Below are positions 32,161 through 40,741 of a stretch of DNA of 64,000 bases, piece by piece. A program made the position numbers and the translations under genes. Origin of the DNA: an uncultured delta proteobacterium (GTDB lineage: Bacteria; Desulfobacterota; Desulfuromonadia; Geobacterales; DSM-12255); the NCBI GenBank assembly GCA_963787125.1, contig CAWBBV010000001.1, positions 640,001 to 704,000 of the forward strand, in the 5' to 3' direction. The notes beneath the pieces were generated by a model that was not told the origin of the DNA, did not search any database, and saw only the letters and a program-made list of their open reading frames with translations. Position 1 is the stretch's first letter. Each line of letters starts with the position of its first letter.

Positions 32161-33982
32161 GATAGTGTCAAAAGTTTCATGAAAAGCCGGGATATTGAAA
32201 TGGAAAGTACTCGAAAGTAAACGATGCCCTTCATCTGCATCTTTTCCGAGTCTGTCCAGACTGTGACTTCACTACTTTGTGGTTACTGGCTTGAATTTTG
32301 GGCAAGCCACTCTGTGACCAGGCACGTGAGATAGTTGGTCAGATTAAAACAACAATCAGTAAATTGATCTTTGAAGACGGGAAGTCAGGCAGCTAGCGAG
32401 AGGATCTTGGTCCATCTAGCCTGAATGGTCGGCAGTGCCTTCAACTCCTGCAAAGGCACCGGTGGTAGATATTTTAGCGACATGTGAGGCCTGAGGAAGT
32501 TGTAGTGGGTCACAAACAGCGTAGTTAAAGATACCGCACCGTTTGTGCTGTTGAATCCTGCTGCTGGCCTTACATGATACTTGAAGGTTCTGTTGAGCCG
32601 CTCAACGAGCTGCTTGAAGGATCTGTACTCTTCGGACTCGGCATCAAGGTTTTGGAGGCCAATAACCTTTTTGTGCTGAATCGTCTGGGAATCATCAGTC
32701 TGGGCATTGATGAAATGAATGCCAGCTGGATAAGAAGGGTTTCCGTCGCTGACAAGGGTTATTTGCTGATCGGCAGAAGCAGTCCTGATGGCTTCATTCA
32801 TAGCGATAATGGCAGGCTGAGTGCCCCTGTTATCGGCCACGTGATAGGCGGAGATTTTCAGGTTCTTTGCCGAGATAAAAAAGAAGACATAATGGTGCTT
32901 GCCCAGGATCTTGATGTAGGTCTCATCACCTGCAGAGATATTATCGATATGGCCTTTATGCTTGAGATTGAATCGGTGGCAGTGCCAGGCGGCGCCAGCG
33001 GCATAATTGAGAACTGTCTGATGAGAAACCTTGATACAGAAGACTTCGCGCAGGATTTGAGCAGTTTTTCTGGCCGGAACGGCGAATGAAACATAGAAAG
33101 TCAGAATCAGGCCAAGCACGTTTTCGCTGTTATGGATTCTCGCCAGTTCGACCGGCGGTTTGTCCGGAGAAGAGAGTTCCAACTCTTCCGGTTTGTAGTG
33201 ATATTCGCGGTACTGGTAGTTGATTTTGAACTGAGAACTTTTCTTTTTCATCAGCTCTTTCTCGGCTTTATTGAGCTTGGCAAGCGCCTGGATACGGTGA
33301 GGACAGTTATCATTTGGGCACTTGTGGATGGTCACTTCCTTTTGCGACTTCCACCTGAAGAGAGCCAGCCCGCAATGGGGACAGAAGAGCTTTGACTTTC
33401 TGTTGGTTCTGAAGCGCTGTTGGAGTTGGAAGAGTTGAGAGCAAACCTTGCAGAGAACTTGAGAGCGCTTCTTTCCGTCGTTGAAGTAGAGATAAGTATT
33501 TGGCGCTCCGCAGCAGGGACAGGTGACATGCACTGGAACCGGTGATGAACCCGCCCGGAGCTTGACCGGAGCAAGAGACTTTCCGTGAAGTGTTTCGTAC
33601 TCAATCAGGAGTTGCCGGTAGTCTTTTTGATCGAGGTCTTTTTTTTAAACTTTGGGGGCTCAGTCAGTGGCGGCTTGGGATCGACAATAAAGTTTCTGTA
33701 GTTCGGATGTTTCTCTTTGAAATCGTCCTTTGGCTTAACTTCAGGATTACGATTTTCGAGGACATCTGACAACCCGACGACGATCTGTTCAATCTCGGTC
33801 TTTGTAAACTTGGAGCAAATCCAGACAACAAACCGGGCAGTTTTGGATAGGTACGACATGAGCTAGCCCTCCATAACTGGCATTCTTAACCAGAATCACG
33901 GGGGGAGGCAAGACTTTGATTGGTAATGCATTGAAATTAGAACTGAAAAGCAAAAAGACATGTCAAGAAGTTTGACACAACG
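32161..33982 (-). mobile_element. Insertion sequence, DDE transposase of IS6/IS240-like type (about 1.82 kb)
   Basis: Imperfect TIRs (GATAGTGTCAAA / TTTGACACAACG); flanking duplication TTAAGGGG at 32153-32160 and 33983-33990 (a 10-bp reading GTTAAGGGGG also fits). Confidence 0.85.
32385..33859 (-). CDS. Transposase split over two frames (33605-33859 and 32385-33533), joinable by -1 shift at A8G
   Basis: Zn ribbons CPCC/CKVC/CPHC; catalytic GDETYIKI, VSDGNPSY, VERLNRTFK, HYNFLRPH. Confidence 0.85.
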
Positions 33983-34007
33983 TTAAGGGGGAAAAGGAGA
34001 AAATCAT

Positions 34008-34790
34008 ATGTTGACAAAGCTTAAGACTGACTATCGGCAGATGTTTGAAGTTGAAATGGCGGTATTTCTTGTCGTGCTGGCGATCCTTGCCTGCACAGTT
34101 GCCATTGCCAATGCGGCGGAAATTCGGGTTGGCGGCGCAGCTGAAGCCTGTAACGGCATGTTTGCCGTGATCAAAGAGCAGGTACGGGATGAAATCGGCA
34201 CCAGTCTGCTGGTAAGCCCGAACTCCTCGGCACAGGCGTTACTTGACCTCGACCGGGGAAACATTGACATTGCCACCACCGACGTCCCGCTGGATAGCCT
34301 CATATCTGACCTGGAGAAAACAGGCTATCTGATTGTCCCGGAAAGCTTCCAGGTGCAGGGGATCGGTACCAACAGAATCCTGGTTTACCTTAACAAGGAG
34401 ATCAAGGTGACGGCACTCTCCCAGGGGCAGTTAAGCGATATTTTTACCGGGAAAATCTCCAACTGGAAGCAGCTGGGTGGTGATAACCGGAAAATTGTTG
34501 TTGTCTGGGGGGATAATACGCCTGACCAGAACCGACTGTTTCGCTGGTACGTTATCGGCACCGGGCCGATTGCCAAAACAGCAGTCAGGGCAATGGATCA
34601 ACAGGATATAATTGAACGTGTCAGTAAAACACCGGGCGCAATCGGCATTGCCTCCTATGTATACGCCAGCGGTAGAACCCGCAATCCGAAAACCCCATTT
34701 GTTTCGGCCAAGGTAATTGCCATAACCAAGGGCGCTCCCAGTGGCGAAGTCCAAAAGCTGCTGGAAGTGGTGAAATCCTATGATTATTGA
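34008..34790 (+). CDS. PstS-like (PBP superfamily) substrate-binding protein, ligand uncertain
   Basis: Signal-like N-terminus; LSDIFTGKISNWKQLGG, VSKTPGAIG; phosphate-binding GS motifs degenerate. Confidence 0.8.
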   Translation: MLTKLKTDYRQMFEVEMAVFLVVLAILACTVAIANAAEIRVGGAAEACNGMFAVIKEQVRDEIGTSLLVSPNSSAQALLDLDRGNIDIATTDVPLDSLISDLEKTGYLIVPESFQVQGIGTNRILVYLNKEIKVTALSQGQLSDIFTGKISNWKQLGGDNRKIVVVWGDNTPDQNRLFRWYVIGTGPIAKTAVRAMDQQDIIERVSKTPGAIGIASYVYASGRTRNPKTPFVSAKVIAITKGAPSGEVQKLLEVVKSYDY

Positions 34791-34879
34791 GCGCGGTTAT
34801 TGTCGTAATAACTAGCTGAAAATTTGTTAGCAAAAGCATAAACTGAAACCCATGCAAACGGTTAGCAACTCAGACTTCA

Positions 34880-37450
34880 TTACATCCCAGCGCACTTTAC
34901 TCTTATCGCCTCAAAGTCCTTCCCTTTCGGCATGATGAAAAGGCATTTGCCGTTGCTCCGTTTTTCCCACAACTCGCCAAGTTTCCGTTTCTCATCATTC
35001 TCCGGCAAGATCCAGTCGCGGCTGTTTTTGTACTCAACCGCAAGGATTTTCCCGTTTTCAAGCTGGCAAAGAAAATCAGGATAAAAACGGTCACTGCCGG
35101 TTTGCAGTGAAAAGGACGTTTTCTTGCACTCGACGTTGCGGACCCAGAATTTTACCCCTTCAAGCTCCGTTGCCAGGAAGAGCGCACATTCGAATTCTTC
35201 CCCATCACCCTTCAGATTGCCAATCTGCGGGAAAAAGTGCTTGGGCAGCTCGGTAAAGCCGCAGTATATTGAGTCGTAAGCATAACGCCCGGCCTCAAAG
35301 ACAACCTGACTTCTGTCATTAACGGCAAATTCCTCGGGAGAGAGCAGCAGACATTGATGCACTTGCTGCATCGCCTGTCTTTTCCCCTCATTGATCTTTG
35401 TTTCCAAGGCGCTTCGCAGCCGGAACTTGGCATAAGCCAGCTCTTCCAGCGTAAAACCGCTCTGCGTCAGCCACTCAACACCCCTGTTCAAAAAGGCAGC
35501 TTTTTCGTCAGGCATAAGGTTTGCGTCATAGATATTTCCTTCCAGCCAGGAAACCAGCTGCACTTGATCCCAGCCGGAACGGTACTCGAACAGATAAGTT
35601 TCTGCCACACCCGGCGTAAAATTGATGAATTTCACCTTTTCTTTTTCCAGATACATTGTGCCGCCCTGGGGTGCCTGGTTTGCCTTGGTGAACGCTGACA
35701 GTTCGCTGGAATAGTCGAGCAGGCTCCATTCCCCTTGCAGCAGGTGGGTGGCTTCAAACGATTCCCATAGTTCCCCTTGGCGGAACTGCAACTGCGGCAC
35801 CTTGAACAGCTCGCCTTGTTCTGACGGTGTCTTTGGCGGTACCTTACGCGGTGAACGCAAGCGGGTTATGGCCTCCCGTACTGCCTGCTTTCCCTCCGGA
35901 GTCTGGAAAACCTCCTGCAAGGCTTTCACCTGGGGCTCGGTAAAAGAACCCTTCAGGGTGATGGAGCCGTTCTCCGGCGTGATCTCGATCTTTTTCAGCA
36001 GATTATCGGGAATATTCCCAGGCTCGGGCAGCTCCGGCGTGCTGTAGGTCAGGCTGGTCTGATGGCTGAAAAGGTCATCATCCAGTTCTTCATCCTGAAT
36101 ATTGATCAGCTCCTTTGTCTCCTGCCGCTCAAAACCGCTTCGCACCAAGCCATCCTTGAGACTCTCGACCGTGGCCGCAAAGTTGCTCGATGTCAAATAA
36201 GCATAGGCCATATTCAGGTCAGGGTGTTCATTGCGCTTTGCATAAGGAAGGCGCAGAATCCGCCCCAGCACCTGCTCTGCAGCCGTAGCCGAACTGGTGT
36301 TACGTAGCGAGCAGAGCACATAGGCAAAGGGGCAGTCCCACCCTTCACGTAACTTGTCCACAGTGATGATGAAACGGAACGGGCAATCCTCAGCTAGAAT
36401 ATTCTTTCCCGCTATCTCGTCCGTGGTGCCGGTGGCGATGGCGATTTCATGCGCCGGAATACTGAAGTCGTCCAGTAGCGCCTGCTTGACCCGTTCCGTC
36501 GTCAATGTTTCGTGGTCGGCGTCCTTGCGCTCCGCTTGCAACAGCATAATCGGCCTCAAGTAGTTGCCGCCCCCGGCCCGTTCAGCCTCTGCTGACACCT
36601 GCAACTTGTTCAGACGTCCAATCGCATCCCTCAGGGCGTCAAGCCAGTTGGGCCGCCGCACCAAAGTCAGTGGCATCTTGATCATATCTTCCGAATGCAG
36701 CACCGAGGCGGAGACACTGTAAAGCACGTTACTCGGCTGATAGGTGCGGTCCGGTGTCGCCGTCAGCTCCAGAATGGCGCATGGCTCAAAGCGGGCCAGG
36801 GTATCAAATGCCAGCAGAGTCCCTTGATTGTGGGCTTCATCGACGATGACAAACGGTTTGCGCAGTCGCAGCACATCTACCAGCGAACCGTTGCCGCGCA
36901 CGCTAGCGTCGCTGATCCCCTCGAAATGTTCCATCAGGCTGCCGTTCTGCTTATAGACGCTCAGGCGACCGGTCTCCTCCTGCTTGAATGCCTGCATGGT
37001 GGCGACAATGATCACATTGGAACCGTTCAGCAGATGCGGCGTCATCCGCAAGGCTTCCTCGATATCCAACACGGTCAACTCACCCAGCGCCGACGCCACC
37101 GACTGGCCGAGGATTGACGACTTGTCACGTAGAGCCTTCAAGGTCTGCTCGCGGATCGGTTCCGATGGCACCAGCCAGAGAGTCAGACTGCATGGGGAAT
37201 GCAGCAGACTGCGGTTCACCCGTTCGATAGCCATGCCTGCAACCAGAGTCTTGCCGCCACCAGTGGGGATGCGCAGGCAGACATACGGGACCGTTTCAAG
37301 ATTGCGCAAGGGCCGGTAGAAAAGCGCCATGCCCCGCCACTCCTTGGTGGTCTGGGCATAGCTTTCGCGGGGATAGCCGGTTTCGCGGCAACGTTTGAGG
37401 AACTTTTCAAACCATTCCAGCGCGTCAAACTGATATCTCTTCAGTATCAT
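34880..37450 (-). CDS. Type III restriction endonuclease Res subunit (SF2 helicase + PD-(D/E)xK nuclease)
   Basis: IPTGGGKT, VDEAH, LTAT, LREGWDCP, QVLGRILR, FYPDF...AVEYK. Confidence 0.9.
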   Translation of the reverse strand: MILKRYQFDALEWFEKFLKRCRETGYPRESYAQTTKEWRGMALFYRPLRNLETVPYVCLRIPTGGGKTLVAGMAIERVNRSLLHSPCSLTLWLVPSEPIREQTLKALRDKSSILGQSVASALGELTVLDIEEALRMTPHLLNGSNVIIVATMQAFKQEETGRLSVYKQNGSLMEHFEGISDASVRGNGSLVDVLRLRKPFVIVDEAHNQGTLLAFDTLARFEPCAILELTATPDRTYQPSNVLYSVSASVLHSEDMIKMPLTLVRRPNWLDALRDAIGRLNKLQVSAEAERAGGGNYLRPIMLLQAERKDADHETLTTERVKQALLDDFSIPAHEIAIATGTTDEIAGKNILAEDCPFRFIITVDKLREGWDCPFAYVLCSLRNTSSATAAEQVLGRILRLPYAKRNEHPDLNMAYAYLTSSNFAATVESLKDGLVRSGFERQETKELINIQDEELDDDLFSHQTSLTYSTPELPEPGNIPDNLLKKIEITPENGSITLKGSFTEPQVKALQEVFQTPEGKQAVREAITRLRSPRKVPPKTPSEQGELFKVPQLQFRQGELWESFEATHLLQGEWSLLDYSSELSAFTKANQAPQGGTMYLEKEKVKFINFTPGVAETYLFEYRSGWDQVQLVSWLEGNIYDANLMPDEKAAFLNRGVEWLTQSGFTLEELAYAKFRLRSALETKINEGKRQAMQQVHQCLLLSPEEFAVNDRSQVVFEAGRYAYDSIYCGFTELPKHFFPQIGNLKGDGEEFECALFLATELEGVKFWVRNVECKKTSFSLQTGSDRFYPDFLCQLENGKILAVEYKNSRDWILPENDEKRKLGELWEKRSNGKCLFIMPKGKDFEAIRVKCAGM

Positions 37451-39036
37451 GCAACCCCCACTTTCAGCTTGTATGGCAACTGCTTGAAGACAATCCCCTC
37501 GCGGCGCAGCCGCTCCTGATCAATGCGGCAAGCCGTGCCGTAGATGACCTTTGGCCCGGCGTGTCCGGGCAGCGCGGCCAAAATCATCGTGGTCAGCACA
37601 TTGCCCCCCTTTTGTGTCTTATCTTTGAGGATGCCGTTATAGAGGAGGTAGACCGCCGTGCCGTTGTGGATGCCGAGCAGCGGGCTATCCAAGGTGGCAG
37701 TGGCAGGCAGCGGTCCGCCGGTTTCGGTAAAATAGACATGCCGGGCGAGATCGGCAAATCGTACGGTGGAGCGGATGTTGCCCCGTTCGTCAAAGAGCGG
37801 TTCACCCAGTTCGCAGAAGCGGAAGCCGCCACCAAGAGCGGGAACTTTTTCGTAACCTTGAGATACCCGCAATAACCGTGTAGACGTAATGTTGCGGCAG
37901 ATGTTTTCGTCCATCTCAACTAGGATGAAGCGGCGGTTGCCACCGTCAGAGGCGTTCTGTGCCAGTACGGCGTGGCCGGTGGTGCCACTCCCGGCAAACG
38001 AATCAATAACAAGGGAATCCTTGTCAGTTGCAATCTGAAGTATGCGCTGAATCAATCGGGTAGGTTTGGGAGTATCGAAAACCTTGTCATCACCGCCCAA
38101 CAAATCTTTAATTTCCTGTTTTGCTTCTTGGCTATGACCAACCTCGCTATTTGCCCACCACGTCCATGGAGTAACTCCTGAAGACTCTTCAAGGAATGTC
38201 TTACGCCGAGGAACGCCATTACCGTCTTTTCCAAACCAAATACGATTATCCGCAATAAGTTCAAGAAAACCGCTCTCCACATTTTTCCAGCAATTGCCTG
38301 GTGGCGGAGCAACTTTTCTTCCTGAAGGTGTAACAATCTCGTACATTTGATTTGGCCTAAATCCTTGAGCTGCAAAATCAGTCGATACCCATGGGCCACG
38401 TGGGTCGTTGTCAGGGTTTTTAAACGTCGCACGCTGTTTTTCAGATTGTGGAATTTTATTCAAGTTCAAGTTTGTAATTGCTTTGCCATAGACAATTATA
38501 TGTTCATGTGCGTCGCTCAACATCAAACGTGCATCTGGTGAAGTTCTCTTCTGCCAAAGCACATTCGCAACAAAGTTATTCGCTCCGAAGATCTCATCCA
38601 ATAACATCCGCAAAAGATGCACCTCATTATCATCAATGCTGATAAAAATAGCTCCGTCATCCCGCAGAAACTCCCGCAGCAGCGCCAATCTTGGATACAT
38701 CATGCACAACCATTTGTCATGGCGCGACAGGTCTTCCGCTTCCTTCCCCACGGCTCTGCCCAGCCATTCGCGCATCTCGGGACTGTTGACGTTGTCGTTG
38801 TAGACCCAGCCCTCGTTGCCGGTGTTATATGGAGGATCGATATAGATGCACTTCACCTGCCCGGCGTAGTAGGGGAGCAATGCCTTGAGCGCCAGCAGAT
38901 TGTCTCCCTGCACCAGCAGGTTGCCGCTGCCTGGGTCGCCCACTGATAGCTCGGGGTTTTCCCTGAGCAGGTGAAACGGTACTTCGCGGTGATGGTTGAC
39001 AACGGCTTTTTTGCCTATCCAGTCGAGTTTGGGCAT
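37447..39036 (-). CDS. Type III RM Mod subunit (beta-class N6-adenine methyltransferase)
   Basis: IYIDPPYNTG, FDTPKP, DSFAGSGTTG; 4-bp overlap with res. Confidence 0.93.
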   Translation of the reverse strand: MPKLDWIGKKAVVNHHREVPFHLLRENPELSVGDPGSGNLLVQGDNLLALKALLPYYAGQVKCIYIDPPYNTGNEGWVYNDNVNSPEMREWLGRAVGKEAEDLSRHDKWLCMMYPRLALLREFLRDDGAIFISIDDNEVHLLRMLLDEIFGANNFVANVLWQKRTSPDARLMLSDAHEHIIVYGKAITNLNLNKIPQSEKQRATFKNPDNDPRGPWVSTDFAAQGFRPNQMYEIVTPSGRKVAPPPGNCWKNVESGFLELIADNRIWFGKDGNGVPRRKTFLEESSGVTPWTWWANSEVGHSQEAKQEIKDLLGGDDKVFDTPKPTRLIQRILQIATDKDSLVIDSFAGSGTTGHAVLAQNASDGGNRRFILVEMDENICRNITSTRLLRVSQGYEKVPALGGGFRFCELGEPLFDERGNIRSTVRFADLARHVYFTETGGPLPATATLDSPLLGIHNGTAVYLLYNGILKDKTQKGGNVLTTMILAALPGHAGPKVIYGTACRIDQERLRREGIVFKQLPYKLKVGVA

Positions 39037-39050
39037 GATCTCCTCATATA

Positions 39051-39079
39051 CAAAAGGCCGCCCATGCAGGAACGGCCTT
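39051..39079 (-). terminator. Hairpin between HicA-like gene and mod
   Basis: AAGGCCG / CGGCCTT stem with short T run on minus strand. Confidence 0.55.
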
Positions 39080-39111
39080 AGCTTTCAGTTACGTAGTTAT
39101 CCGAACAGCAG

Positions 39112-39396
39112 CTATAGAAGTTCTTGAGCGGCCAGCAGTTTTTCGTACCCCTGGCGGTCAAGTGGGCAATCGATCAACTCGATGAACTTCTGTTTGTTCA
39201 GCTTGCACTGCTTTGCCATTCTGCTCAGTAGTTCATCGGTAATAGTTTTCATCTTCGGGGTGTGGCTGGTTTTGGTGAAGGCCATTGTTTTCTTGCCGGT
39301 AGTTGCCCGGTAGCAAAAAAAATGGTGGTCGCCTTCCTGTAGTTCAAATCCCTTGGCGACTAGGCTCGTTTCTATCTGCCGCTTGTCACGCTGCAC
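39112..39396 (-). CDS. HicA-like small basic toxin candidate
   Basis: LVAKGF...GDHHFF...SHT...ITDELLSRMAKQCKL pattern resembles the HicA dsRBD-like fold. Confidence 0.6.
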   Translation of the reverse strand: MQRDKRQIETSLVAKGFELQEGDHHFFCYRATTGKKTMAFTKTSHTPKMKTITDELLSRMAKQCKLNKQKFIELIDCPLDRQGYEKLLAAQELL

Positions 39397-40450
39397 CGGC
39401 TACCTCCCGCAGTGCGGCAAGCAGGCTTTGCTTGACGGCAAGCGCCGCTCCGGTTAACTCCTCATCGGCAGCCATGGCGTAGGTGTCCCATAAAAAAGCT
39501 ATCTGCTCTCTAAGCTCCAGATCAAGTTGATCGCGGGTATAGGCGTAGACGTCAATTCCCAGTTCCGGCATTTCAAGACAGTATAACTGCTGGGTCTCGT
39601 CAAGCTCCGGCGTCAACTCAAGCGGTTTGCTGAACTCAAATGTTCTGCCGGCATATTCGATTGTCTGGAGGTAAAAGGTGGAGAAGTCAACCTCTTCGAT
39701 ACTCTCCACATTGATGATCTTTTTCGGCAGGTCGTTTTCATCCATGATGACTTCCCCCGTGACCTGAATCAATTCACGGGGGCGTTCCAGCAACATCTCT
39801 TCGAGAGCTTCGCTGTAGGTGCATTCAAGCTCTCTGCTATTGGCCGGGTAGACGATTTTTATCTTTCGTTCATCAAACTGAATCTCCGACAAACGACCGG
39901 TGACGGTGCGCACCTGTCGTTCAGTATCAGCGGCAGTGGAAAGGCACGCTTTGCCACGCTCGTGCAGCGTGTCCAGCGAAACATGGAACGACCCGGTTGG
40001 TTGCGAAATCCCGGCCTTGATACCGCTCCCCATGCTGGGAGTCATGGCCCTTATTGCCTCGATAAAGCGGTCACGACGAGCACTGTCAGGTATTTTAGCG
40101 GTAAGCCCGGAAAGTTCGCCGCATGAGATAAAGGTGCAGCAATCCGAGAAGAGCTTGCCGACAGATTCGACATCGTTGATTGCAAACAAGGTAACGGTAG
40201 GGTCGCCGATCTCCACCGGCACGATATAACTTCCTGGTTTAGGGAGTGAACAGAGGAGAGGATATTTTGCTTCGACGTTTTTGCTTAGCCGTTCGCGGAG
40301 CCGCACGGAGATGTTTTCATGCTGCATGGCAAGCAGATGAACCGCTCGCTGCATAGCGCCAAGAACTTGAGTCAAGGTAGCAACGGGCAGCATCTGGCCG
40401 TCGGCGAATCGCCCCTCAAACTTTATTTCAAACTGCCGCTTGTCACTCAT
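39386..40450 (-). CDS. 354-aa protein, possible OB-fold middle and HicB-like C-terminal domain
   Basis: C-terminal YCLEMPELGIDVYAYTRDQLDLELREQIAFLW resembles HicB; overlaps downstream HicA-like gene by 11 bp. Confidence 0.55.
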   Translation of the reverse strand: MSDKRQFEIKFEGRFADGQMLPVATLTQVLGAMQRAVHLLAMQHENISVRLRERLSKNVEAKYPLLCSLPKPGSYIVPVEIGDPTVTLFAINDVESVGKLFSDCCTFISCGELSGLTAKIPDSARRDRFIEAIRAMTPSMGSGIKAGISQPTGSFHVSLDTLHERGKACLSTAADTERQVRTVTGRLSEIQFDERKIKIVYPANSRELECTYSEALEEMLLERPRELIQVTGEVIMDENDLPKKIINVESIEEVDFSTFYLQTIEYAGRTFEFSKPLELTPELDETQQLYCLEMPELGIDVYAYTRDQLDLELREQIAFLWDTYAMAADEELTGAALAVKQSLLAALREVAGAA

Positions 40451-40741
40451 GAAAGCAAGCTCTCCAGATTAAATGCATTTAGTGGAGAATATTTCGCACA
40501 ACAAGAAGAAAATGTAAACAGTATTCTATGCTTATGAAGATATATACATCTTTATTTAGCTCTCATCGTTAGGCATTATTCGCTTTTACAAACAAGATGG
40601 CATTAATTTCAGGCAAACGTAAGGATCTGCTTGTGATCGGGCAAAAATCGGCAGGTTTTCCGCTAAACGCGAAAAATCTGCATAACAAGTTGAATGATAT
40701 CAGCCAACTAACAAAAATTCGGTGCACCGAACTTTTAATAA

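Noticed and set aside
31914..32240. 108-aa minus-strand ORF
   Set aside because: Crosses the IS boundary and the predicted promoter; no recognisable motif
33972..34007. Outward TTGACA in the IS end forming a hybrid promoter
   Set aside because: No -10-like hexamer at 16-18 bp spacing before the RBS
40496..40574. GCACAAC...GTTAGGC resembling an integron attC site near the defence islet
   Set aside because: No convincing internal palindrome or L boxes, wrong orientation for the adjacent genes, and no integron integrase in the window
40600..40690. GGCAAA-containing segment as a c-di-GMP-I/GEMM riboswitch
   Set aside because: Lacks the paired P1/P2 stems and tetraloop-receptor layout; an Rfam scan would settle it
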